A DNA stretch of 36,701 nucleotides from an uncultured Methanosarcinales archaeon (GTDB lineage: Archaea > Nanobdellota > Nanobdellia > Woesearchaeales > GW2011-AR9): NCBI GenBank assembly GCA_964368095.1, contig CAYIZT010000003.1, positions 1,257 through 37,957 of the forward strand. The letters run 5' to 3'. The translations under genes were made by a program, and so were the position numbers. The notes beneath the pieces were generated by a model. The model had not been told where the DNA came from. It did no database searches and saw only the letters and a program-made list of their open reading frames with translations. Shown piece after piece: positions 1 through 7,951 of the stretch (position 1 is its first letter; each line of letters begins with the position of its first letter).

Positions 1-312
1 GCCAGAAGCAACGCCAGAAGCAACTTAGTAGCTGTTCTTGATGATGCCTATTTGATGGTAAGCAGCAAGCACGATGAAAAAAAATTAGTTTTGATGGAGA
101 TAAGTCCGTTAGAAAAACGCTTCCATGAAGAAGGCATCCGTCTCCATGGTCTGCACGCCAGCGATAATAGATATATTGATCCGATTAGAACTTCCCAGCA
201 TCTTGGGACTTTTTGCTTGGTGGTAGAAGATGTTCGGAAAAATAATATTGCGACTTTAGAATTCTGGACTAAAGGAGAAATGTTGTATGTGCCTAAACTT
301 AGGATAGAGTAA
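1..312 (+). CDS. Hypothetical protein, 5'-truncated by the window edge
   Basis: The frame of ORF 52..312 is open back to base 1. A small hairpin follows the stop. No motif recognised. Confidence 0.55.
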   Translation, partial: ARSNARSNLVAVLDDAYLMVSSKHDEKKLVLMEISPLEKRFHEEGIRLHGLHASDNRYIDPIRTSQHLGTFCLVVEDVRKNNIATLEFWTKGEMLYVPKLRIE

Positions 313-339
313 TTAAGGAAAATCCCGAAAAGCGGATTT
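311..339 (+). terminator. Short hairpin repeat after a stop codon (copy 1)
   Basis: AAATCC(320-325)/GGATTT(334-339) stem between convergent genes. Near-identical to 4277-4304. Confidence 0.45.
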
Positions 340-357
340 AAGGATAATTATGAATAG

Positions 358-1503
358 TTAAGAATAATAATGTTTAAAAAATTCTGCCTTGAAATCTCCA
401 CGAATCAACTTTAGATAATCATATCCTGATCCTACTGCTGCTCTTTCAAAGAATCTTTCTATCCCTTCTTGCGCTGATTCTTCTGCGAGAAGCAGGTTTG
501 TGGTTAGACCAGGGTTAAACTTGAGAGCACTAAGAACTTCTTTTGCCCGACTGCCTAATCTTTGTATAGTTGATTCTGAGATAGGGGTACGACTTCTATC
601 TTGAACTATTTGATATGTTTGTTGATGGGATTTCATTCGTTGTTCCTTTACAGCTAAATTTACCCCATCTTCTCTCAATTCTGTATACCCTTGATAGAAT
701 TTTTCTTTTGCTTCTTCGTACTCTCTAGATACTTTAGGAAGTTCCTCCTCAATTTTGAAAGGATTCAAGAACAAATAAGATGTTCCAAAGTCAGTAATCA
801 TCGGTTTACTATCATTTGCGATATGAAACTCATCTAACCAGTGATTGTGGTCATAGATAACTCCTAATTTTGCTAACTCTGCATGCATTCTTGCTCCTTC
901 TAGAAGCATGGGTTTTGCAGCTTCAACCATTTCATTCATCAGCTTATCTTTCCTTTTTAGGTCGATCCCTTTACCTCTAAACCAATACTCCCATAATTCT
1001 TTTCTTTTTTCCTGGCTGAATGCTCCGGTAGCAAAGCACTTATCCCAAAGATTAGTGTATCTCGAAAAATTGATCAGTTCTTCGGAATAAAAATCCTGGC
1101 CCAAATGAAGAACCTGCGGCCCTATCTTTCCACTTACAGCTTGAAGAACTTTTTTTTCCAGTTCAGAGTCATAATCATCGTATGGTTTGATGATATACAC
1201 TCCCTCTTTAGTTTCAACTTTAAGCGGGATTCTTGTGCTTCCATGCAAGATTCGATGATCAATAGGCGATCTTAGCAAAAATACAGTAGCTTTATCTTCT
1301 CCTTTTTCTTGAAGATATGCTTTCGCCCGTCTGAAGTATTCTCGGTTAGGAAGATTTTTTGGTGTGAAATAATCATCAATTCCCGACCATTCTTTTAGTA
1401 GGTCAGCTATGTTTTCTAATATATAATGCGGGTATTCACGCTCTTGCTGGAGCCAGATTCCTAACCTTTCTCGCGGACTTCTGTAGCATTTAAATTTGAT
1501 CAT
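358..1503 (-). CDS. Atypical protein-kinase-like fold protein (RIO/Bud32/Kdo-like)
   Basis: VYIIKPY (beta3 Lys), Glu helix, GPQVL..FYSEELI hinge, HAELAKLGVIY and PMITDFG (DFG motif). The catalytic loop is non-canonical. Confidence 0.6.
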   Translation of the reverse strand: MIKFKCYRSPRERLGIWLQQEREYPHYILENIADLLKEWSGIDDYFTPKNLPNREYFRRAKAYLQEKGEDKATVFLLRSPIDHRILHGSTRIPLKVETKEGVYIIKPYDDYDSELEKKVLQAVSGKIGPQVLHLGQDFYSEELINFSRYTNLWDKCFATGAFSQEKRKELWEYWFRGKGIDLKRKDKLMNEMVEAAKPMLLEGARMHAELAKLGVIYDHNHWLDEFHIANDSKPMITDFGTSYLFLNPFKIEEELPKVSREYEEAKEKFYQGYTELREDGVNLAVKEQRMKSHQQTYQIVQDRSRTPISESTIQRLGSRAKEVLSALKFNPGLTTNLLLAEESAQEGIERFFERAAVGSGYDYLKLIRGDFKAEFFKHYYS

Positions 1504-1559
1504 GGTTTTCTTTGGGAAGTAATTGTTATAAATATATTATAAAATTATAACGCCGTTTC

Positions 1560-2573
1560 TTATTGGGGTTCTAAATCCTTAACTTTCTGGCGTATCCTTG
1601 ATGCAAGATTATGTGCATTGTAGTGACCATTAATCTTCACAGCTCCAAAGGTTACTAGATTTGAACCAAAGGTATGTACGTCCTCTCCGTGGATTCCAAT
1701 AGTAGTTGTAAAATCTAATCTTTCTATCATTTCTGCAGTCTGCAGTGAGATCTCTTCAGGAGTAAGATTTCTGTTATGTCCATGTTCATTAGCCATCCGC
1801 CTGGAATATATGTCATCAGGCGAAGTTTTAAGTCCGATGAAGGTAACCCATTCTGGTAGAAGCCTGTTAAGTACGTCGGCTGTATCTTTTACATGTGATT
1901 TCCAAAATCTCATGCCTCCAAGCCCTGGCATGATCATGGCTGAGACGCGTATTCCGCTATAAACCAGTTGATCTATTGTTGAGGCAATATCTTCCTTTGA
2001 ATAACCCGTATTTGCAAATTGCAGGACTTTAGTAGACCCGCTCTCCATTCCCCAGTATAGCACTCCTAAACCTATTTTTGTGCCGAATCGGTCTATCGAA
2101 CAGTTCCCGGAAATTCCACCGCAATTGAGAAATCTCAGGTCATTGACTTTATTTTTAATATCGCGGGTGTTTCCATATAATGCGACCCTCTTTGGAAGAC
2201 GTCCTACATTTCCACGAAAACTTTGGACTGAATAACGAATAGCTTCATTGAGAACTTCAACATCAGCGCAAAGAGCATTGCCTCCGCCGATGAATATGCG
2301 CTCAAGTCCTTTAACTCGATTACCTTCACGTTCTGTTACGGCTGCCCATACTTTATCTACGTGTTCTTTGAATTCCGGCAGGGATTTCTCCTGGTACTTT
2401 GTCCCCTTATACATTGAGCAGTATGTACAAGCATTCCAACTGCAGCCGCTAGTAATCTCAAATTGTATTACGTTGTCTTTTTTTTCTGCAGGTGGAGGAT
2501 TCATATTATCTGCGATATAAAGTCCAGCATCGTTTTCAGTTAATCGATCAACTAATGGTAATCTTTTGTTCAT
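1560..2573 (-). CDS. Radical SAM protein of unknown substrate
   Basis: CxxxCxxC in GCSWNACTYCSMYK, IFIGGGN, YWGMESGS and MIMPGLGG motifs. Confidence 0.9.
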   Translation of the reverse strand: MNKRLPLVDRLTENDAGLYIADNMNPPPAEKKDNVIQFEITSGCSWNACTYCSMYKGTKYQEKSLPEFKEHVDKVWAAVTEREGNRVKGLERIFIGGGNALCADVEVLNEAIRYSVQSFRGNVGRLPKRVALYGNTRDIKNKVNDLRFLNCGGISGNCSIDRFGTKIGLGVLYWGMESGSTKVLQFANTGYSKEDIASTIDQLVYSGIRVSAMIMPGLGGMRFWKSHVKDTADVLNRLLPEWVTFIGLKTSPDDIYSRRMANEHGHNRNLTPEEISLQTAEMIERLDFTTTIGIHGEDVHTFGSNLVTFGAVKINGHYNAHNLASRIRQKVKDLEPQ

Positions 2574-2684
2574 TTTAGTTGTAGAAAGAGGTTACTTTTT
2601 AAAGATTTCCTTATTTACTACTTCGCAGAGACAGCCATGTGTGTTGTCTATCTGTTATGGTGGTGGTCACAAGCATTTTGACAG

Positions 2685-2830
2685 TTTCAAATTTACTTGA
2701 TCACAGATAACCCACTGGACAACCCACTGGACAAAATTTAATAACCGTTAATTCTGCAAAATTTTGCGTTTTTGGGTAGTTTAGGTTCATCCACTCCCGC
2801 ACTGGACAAGTTCGGCCGGAACTTATAAAC
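2685..2830 (+). promoter_or_regulatory. CCACTGGACA-box promoter module, copy A
   Basis: AACCCACTGGAC tandem at 2709-2732, CACTGGACAA at 2800-2809, GGCCG, then TTATAAAC at 2823-2830. Homologous to 35635-35759 on the minus strand. Confidence 0.7.
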
Positions 2831-2854
2831 AACCCCGTGCCTCGATATCCCAGC

Positions 2855-2958
2855 AATTCAAAAGTGAGTTGCGCCTCACTGAGCGAAGTTTAAGCCCACA
2901 GAGTTACGGGTTGGATCAGCTCAGGTTGAAATAAAACGCGAAAGCAAGAGGTCAAAAA
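2855..2958 (+). ncRNA. Candidate structured 5' leader RNA of the radA operon
   Basis: Stems AGTGAG/CTCACT, CTGAGC/GCTCAG, GCCC/GGGT, TTCAA/TTGAA and a GC-GAAA-GC tetraloop, lying between the TATA box and the ATG. Confidence 0.4.
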
Positions 2959-3240
2959 ATGACACAAACAAACACCCAGGGAAATTTCCCTGAAAAAAAA
3001 TTTAGAGCAGGAGCAGTATCTGCAACCGTATGGCACAACAAGGGCCAAAAAGCAAATGGGGAGGAGTCTGAGTATAAAACTATCTCTATCGAGCGCAGTT
3101 ACACGGATAAGACCGGGAAATGGCAATCGACTAATTCTCTGCGCATCACGGACTTGCCTAAAGCTCAAGTAGTATTACAGAAAGCTTACGAGCATGTAGT
3201 GCTGCAAGAGCAAGATTTATTTAAAGGAGGCGCAAATTAA
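2959..3240 (+). CDS. Small putative ssDNA-binding protein (PC4/SSB-like beta-sheet plus C-terminal helix)
   Basis: KKFRAGAVSATVW..YKTISIERSYTDKTGKWQSTNSL..DLPKA pattern with basic and aromatic residues. GAGGT RBS. The stop lies 1 nt before the radA ATG. Confidence 0.6.
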   Translation: MTQTNTQGNFPEKKFRAGAVSATVWHNKGQKANGEESEYKTISIERSYTDKTGKWQSTNSLRITDLPKAQVVLQKAYEHVVLQEQDLFKGGAN

Positions 3241-3241
3241 T

Positions 3242-4282
3242 ATGGCAACAGAAACAAAAACTAAGGCTATTGTAGAAGAATTGATCCAAGATGAATTAAA
3301 ATCTAAAATGCCAAAATATAATGAACCAAGCAAGGGGCTAAAAATGGAAAAATTGACATTAGTGGATTTGCCGGGAGTAGGAGCGGCGACAGCAGAGAAA
3401 TTGGAAAGTGCAGGATATCATGATTTGATGTCGGTAGCAGTTTCCAGCGTAGGCGAGCTTATCGAAGTAACTGGAGTTTCAGAAGCGGTAGCGCGTAAAA
3501 TGATAAATGCGGCCCGCGACAGCATGAAGATGGGTTTTGAGACAGGTATGGATATTTTGCGGCGCCGCGAATTAGTTACAAAGCTATCTACCGGTTCAGC
3601 TGCCTTTGATACTTTGATGGGCGGCGGATTTGAAAGCGGCGCAATTACCGAATGCTTTGGCGAGTTTGGATCCGGAAAAACTCAGATAGGCCATTTATTG
3701 ACGGTTAATGCGCTGAAAGAAGATTCTACTGCCACAACGGTGTATATCGATACTGAAAATACCTTCCGTCCGGAAAGGATAAAGCAGTTTGCAGAAGCGG
3801 CCGGCATGGATGTTGAGGATGTATTGTCCAGAATAATGGTAGCGAGAGCCTACAACTCAGATCATCAGATGCTGTTGGCAGAAAAGATTGAGGATTTGAT
3901 TTCCAAGCAAGGAAAGAATGTGCGCTTGTTAGTCGTAGATTCTTTGACCGCACATTTCCGGGCAGAATTTATAGGCCGGGGAACACTTGCAGAACGACAG
4001 CAAAAATTGAACAGGCACATGCACGCTTTAGCTAAAGTCGCCAGCGCCTACAATGTCTGTGTCTATGTGACTAACCAAGTGATGGCAAAACCAGATCAGT
4101 TCTTCGGCGATCCAACTACATCTATCGGCGGGCACATAGTGGCGCATGCATCTACATTCAGGATCTACCTGCGGAAAGGCAAGAAAGGCACTCGGGTTGC
4201 AAAATTGATCGATGCACCAAATCTTGCCGATGGCGAGGCTTGCTTTGAAGTATTAGAAGGCGGCATCCGCGATGCAAATTAA
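3242..4282 (+). CDS. radA: DNA repair and recombination protein RadA
   Basis: N-terminal HhH (DLPGVG), Walker A GEFGSGKTQ, YIDTENTFRPER, Walker B LLVVDS, TNQV, GGHIVAH. Confidence 0.98.
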   Translation: MATETKTKAIVEELIQDELKSKMPKYNEPSKGLKMEKLTLVDLPGVGAATAEKLESAGYHDLMSVAVSSVGELIEVTGVSEAVARKMINAARDSMKMGFETGMDILRRRELVTKLSTGSAAFDTLMGGGFESGAITECFGEFGSGKTQIGHLLTVNALKEDSTATTVYIDTENTFRPERIKQFAEAAGMDVEDVLSRIMVARAYNSDHQMLLAEKIEDLISKQGKNVRLLVVDSLTAHFRAEFIGRGTLAERQQKLNRHMHALAKVASAYNVCVYVTNQVMAKPDQFFGDPTTSIGGHIVAHASTFRIYLRKGKKGTRVAKLIDAPNLADGEACFEVLEGGIRDAN

Positions 4283-4382
4283 AGAAAATCCTGAAAACGG
4301 ATTTTCTGAAATGAAAAGTAGCGAAATGAAAAACCCAGTCGCTAGAGAGCGCCTTGGTTTTTCATTTCTGCTCTTTTCATTT
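4277..4382 (+). terminator. Double hairpin downstream of radA
   Basis: AGAAAATCC/GGATTTTCT (4283-4307), then a long stem AAATGAAAAG..GAAATGAAAAACC / GGTTTTTCATTTC..CTTTTCATTT (4309-4382), between convergent genes. Confidence 0.6.
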
Positions 4383-4466
4383 AATCAATAATCAATTGGT
4401 TAAATTTTTTATTTATTCTTCTTTTTGTGATTACCAATATTTTATGTTTATGCCAATATCTAATCT

Positions 4467-4700
4467 CTAAACATTCCATAACAATAGGCTAGTCAAGCCA
4501 TCCTGTGCCTTAAGCGCAGACAATGGCCCCAGAATATCCGAAATAGAGAGGTTAAAGAAGAAGACTAAAATTAAAGCTACAAGGAGGATAAAAAAGAATA
4601 ACCTTATGGAATTTATTATCGCTTTAATAACAAAAAAGATGACCACAGCCAGCAATAGCACCGATACGATTGGATGCGATGATAAAGAAGCGATGTCCAT
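4467..4700 (-). CDS. Small membrane protein (2 predicted TM helices)
   Basis: 77-aa ORF with two hydrophobic stretches, co-oriented with its neighbours. Confidence 0.7.
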   Translation of the reverse strand: MDIASLSSHPIVSVLLLAVVIFFVIKAIINSIRLFFFILLVALILVFFFNLSISDILGPLSALKAQDGLTSLLLWNV

Positions 4701-4751
4701 GCTAAAAAGAAAATACGAAAACTATATAATTATTTCTGCGGCCAAGAAGAA

Positions 4752-5198
4752 TTATTTTTTCTTACTATTGCTATTGTTAGTATATTGGAGATGAGGTATT
4801 CTAGGCACAAGGACACAATATAAAGTAGCTATTCCTGCTAATAGATACCAGCCAAACCCTATGGCCATGCCGATGCCTGCGGAAAACCACAATCCTGCTG
4901 CGGTGGTTAAATTTCTAATCCTTTCATCTTTGCTTACCAAAATCATTCCTGCGCCCAGAAAACCAATCCCGGAAACGATCTGCGCTGCGATACGGGCAGG
5001 AGAATAAGGGTCGATATGCATGGATAATACGGTAAAGATCATCGATCCACCAACAACCATGGAATAAGTACTTATCTCGGCAGATTTCCCTCGATGTTCG
5101 CGTTCCAGACCTATCAACAGCCCAGCAACTAATGCTCCTACTAACTTAAACACAACACTAAGTTCTTGTGCTGAAAAGATAAGGAGATTAAATGGCAT
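4752..5198 (-). CDS. MgtC/SapB family membrane protein
   Basis: IGLERE, RIAAQIVSGIGFLGAG and LTTAAGLW signature motifs. Confidence 0.95.
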   Translation of the reverse strand: MPFNLLIFSAQELSVVFKLVGALVAGLLIGLEREHRGKSAEISTYSMVVGGSMIFTVLSMHIDPYSPARIAAQIVSGIGFLGAGMILVSKDERIRNLTTAAGLWFSAGIGMAIGFGWYLLAGIATLYCVLVPRIPHLQYTNNSNSKKK

Positions 5199-5265
5199 GA
5201 ATCACTTCCAGGGAGATAGTTCTTATTTAACTTTTTCTATATACCAAAGATAATTTATTTATAAT

Positions 5266-6321
5266 CTATTTATTTTTCAAATATACGGTCTGTGTCGGGA
5301 AAGGTATTCCGATTTTTGCCTTGCGCAATGCATCATAAATTTTTTCCGTAGCTTCCAGCTTTTTACTATAAGCTTCGTTCCAGTTTCCCACCCAGAAATG
5401 AGCTTTGAATTTAAGAGCAAAGTCGCCCATCTCGATGAACTGGATAGAAGGAGCTGGGTTAGCCAGCACCCCATCTATATTAGTAAGAACATCCATAACG
5501 GTCTTACGGACTTTATTGACGTTACTTCCATAATCAACTCCAAATACAACATGAGTTCGCACTTTAGGATCGGGCCTGGCATAATTAAGCACTCGTGAAT
5601 TTGCTAAATATCCGTTAGGTATGTATATCACTTCATTGTCAAAATTTACCAACTTGGTGCTTCGTAGGCCAATGTCATGGATAATTCCCACTTCTCCGCT
5701 TTCCAGCTGGATCTTGTCTCCTACTTGGTATGTTTTATCCAGTAATAACGAAATCCCGCCAAAAACATTCTTAAGCGAATCCTGCAACGCTAATCCCAAG
5801 ACGACACTGCTTATTCCTACTCCTGCCAAATAAGGAGTTATGTCAATATGCCAGATTTTCAGTACCCACATCAATCCGATAAGAGCAAACACAACTTTGG
5901 TGACTTTAAGCAGTAAAGGCAGTAACACATCATCAAGATTACTTTTGGTCCTCTTTGAAAATGTAATCGCCCAAGTTTCCACGATAATATCCATCGCCTT
6001 AAGGATAGCATACAAAAATACGATAGCCATAATCGAATCGATCCCTTTCTCTACGGTGCTGTTCACTTGTAAATTGAGAAGAGCTAACTTAACTCCATAT
6101 CCCAGCAGGACTAAAAAGAGGGGTCCTTTGGTATTATGGAAAATTAGGTCATCAATCTTATTCTTAGTTTTGGCCGCAAACCGTTGCAGGTACTGGCCGA
6201 AGATAAAAAGTACAAGCCTGCCCAATGCGGTAAATATCACAATGATAAGTAAAGAAAGCAAATACTTATTTTCAAATATTGTACCTATTGCCTGAGCATT
6301 GATCCATTCCAGAAAAGCCAT
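5266..6321 (-). CDS. mscS: Small-conductance mechanosensitive channel
   Basis: GLALQDSLKNVFGG, VGDKI, IGLRST, IPN and GIPFP motifs. Confidence 0.95.
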   Translation of the reverse strand: MAFLEWINAQAIGTIFENKYLLSLLIIVIFTALGRLVLFIFGQYLQRFAAKTKNKIDDLIFHNTKGPLFLVLLGYGVKLALLNLQVNSTVEKGIDSIMAIVFLYAILKAMDIIVETWAITFSKRTKSNLDDVLLPLLLKVTKVVFALIGLMWVLKIWHIDITPYLAGVGISSVVLGLALQDSLKNVFGGISLLLDKTYQVGDKIQLESGEVGIIHDIGLRSTKLVNFDNEVIYIPNGYLANSRVLNYARPDPKVRTHVVFGVDYGSNVNKVRKTVMDVLTNIDGVLANPAPSIQFIEMGDFALKFKAHFWVGNWNEAYSKKLEATEKIYDALRKAKIGIPFPTQTVYLKNK

Positions 6322-6403
6322 ATCTGTTGCCTAAAAAGAAGTATTTAAAAGATTTACTCTTATTTTTAATGAAAACAAGAATTAAAAGTGAGATGTTTAT
6401 CGT

Positions 6404-6496
6404 TTACGCAGCGATAAAAACATCTTCTAACTCTTCTAAGTCTCCTTGTATATAACGATAGTGCAGTAAATCCTGCACATATTTCTGAAGAGCCAT
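6404..6496 (-). CDS. Possible 30-aa small protein MALQKYVQDLLHYRYIQGDLEELEDVFIAA
   Basis: The ATG lies 4 nt after the PRC-barrel stop. No homology recognised, and the ORF overlaps hairpins. Confidence 0.25.
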   Translation of the reverse strand: MALQKYVQDLLHYRYIQGDLEELEDVFIAA

Positions 6497-6500
6497 GCCT

Positions 6501-6776
6501 TTATTCTTCTCCTTCTTCCACACTGCTGCCGGCAGGAGCTGCACTCTTGGATATGACAAAGATGTCTCCAATAGCTTTTACCATCTGATGAGGGACAATG
6601 ACTCCTTTTGCGCTGCCCAGGACTCTGGCTAAATAGGAATTTTTAGTAGCTCTTATCTTCCAGCCGGAAACCTTATTATTGTGGACGATGCTGTCTTCGA
6701 TATCTCCAAAATAGTCTCCTGCGTCAGTAAAAACCTTTAAATCGTATGTTTCGGTAACTTTCTTCATCTTTAGCAT
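6501..6776 (-). CDS. PRC-barrel domain protein (possibly CdpB-like, cell division)
   Basis: KVFTDAGDYFGDIED and IVPHQMVKAIGDIFVI match the PRC-barrel pattern. GAGGTGG RBS. Confidence 0.9.
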   Translation of the reverse strand: MLKMKKVTETYDLKVFTDAGDYFGDIEDSIVHNNKVSGWKIRATKNSYLARVLGSAKGVIVPHQMVKAIGDIFVISKSAAPAGSSVEEGEE

Positions 6777-6859
6777 ATGATAACCACCTCACTGGTATAA
6801 AGCATTTTAATTGAGCTCAATTTATATACTTTTCTGTGGTATAAGAGGGAGAATAAGGA

Positions 6860-7009
6860 GGCTTGTGTAGAATGGAAGAAAAGCCACCCTGGCCGCGCGC
6901 TCGACCTATCCTCGCCATCGGAATCAGAAAGGATAGGAATTAATTTTTGACTAAAGTGTATATTTTCTCGCGCTCATCTTGGCCAGGCGGGCGGCTTTTT
7001 GGACAAGCC
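6860..7009. ncRNA. Candidate structured intergenic RNA or palindromic element
   Basis: Nested stems GGCTTGT/ACAAGCC, AAAAGCC/GGCTTTT, CCTGGCC/GGCCAGG and CCTATCCT/AGGATAGG. Confidence 0.45.
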
Positions 7010-7055
7010 GGAATAAAGACAAATATTAAATAGGACATTGGGAAATATTGCCTTC

Positions 7056-7946
7056 ATGAAACGACATAGGCTATTTTTTGGATCAGTAGGTGTGGCAACA
7101 GCTTTAGGATTAGGATTATATGCTTACATGAATCAGCGCCAATTATACCAAGGATCAGAAACCAAAGCATCAGAAACAGAAGGATTTCAGGAAGAAGCCC
7201 AGGAGTACGAACCGGAGCATGAAATGGAAGATTATGCATCTTTGCCGGAAGAGAAGGCAAAAGAAGTACCAGCTCAATATAATACCTCCAAAGTTGAAAG
7301 AAAAGACAAAGATACTTCCAAATCCCAGCCTGACCCCATAAAATACGTTCAAAAATCTAAAACTGTTCAATCTCCTATCTCTAAAACTTCACTTCCAACT
7401 TCACTTCCCGCTTCTAAAGGATTAGATTCTCAAGGATTAGACAATATTGTCGAAGATGAGAAAGATGAGGAAGAAGAGAAAAAGGAAAAAGAAGAAAAAC
7501 CCCCATATAATTTATCTCCAGAGGAAAGAGGGGGGTTAACCGATCAACAATTGCTCAAGTATGGGGATGAGGCTCTCAATAATCTTGACTATAAAGCAGC
7601 AGAAATATATTCCTCTGATCTCAAGAAACGTCATGAAGCAGGAACAGGGACCGAAAGATCTATTTTTGATGAATGCCGCATAAGCGAAGCTTACGATAGA
7701 GACCTATCAGATATGGTCAGAAACTGCAAAAAATATGATTATGATTCAGTTTTCAGAAAAGTGATGTGGATGGATGTTTTTTTCATCCCAAAATATGAAC
7801 AAAGCCTCTTAGATTGCAGGATTTCTCCAGATAGTATGGTTTCCGTCCCGGGAAATGATTCCCACTATATCGAAGGGATCGATCCAGGCTTACTTGTACA
7901 AAAAGGGAATCAAGCATTAGAAGCGATCAAATACTGTCACGAATAA
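7056..7946 (+). CDS. Membrane-anchored or secreted protein with a charged low-complexity linker and a Cys-containing C-terminal domain
   Basis: MKRHR followed by a hydrophobic helix, an E/K/S/P-rich stretch and 4 Cys in the C-terminal part. ATG 7056 preferred over TTG 7038. Confidence 0.75.
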   Translation: MKRHRLFFGSVGVATALGLGLYAYMNQRQLYQGSETKASETEGFQEEAQEYEPEHEMEDYASLPEEKAKEVPAQYNTSKVERKDKDTSKSQPDPIKYVQKSKTVQSPISKTSLPTSLPASKGLDSQGLDNIVEDEKDEEEEKKEKEEKPPYNLSPEERGGLTDQQLLKYGDEALNNLDYKAAEIYSSDLKKRHEAGTGTERSIFDECRISEAYDRDLSDMVRNCKKYDYDSVFRKVMWMDVFFIPKYEQSLLDCRISPDSMVSVPGNDSHYIEGIDPGLLVQKGNQALEAIKYCHE

Positions 7947-7951
7947 CTGCC

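Noticed and set aside
1..24. GCCAGAAGCAAC tandem duplication
   Set aside because: Two in-frame copies at the window edge. Context is missing and an assembly artefact cannot be excluded.
2709..2732. CRISPR array
   Set aside because: Only two adjacent 12-bp units with no spacers, and no cas genes in the window.
2709..2809. Calling this region the replication origin (oriC)
   Set aside because: The boxes are ORB-like but all in direct orientation, lack an adjacent G-string, have no cdc6 gene nearby and sit directly before a TATA box. Kept only as an alternative hypothesis.
6860..7009. tRNA or SRP RNA identity for the structured element
   Set aside because: No TTCGA T-loop cloverleaf and no SRP helix-8 motif on either strand.
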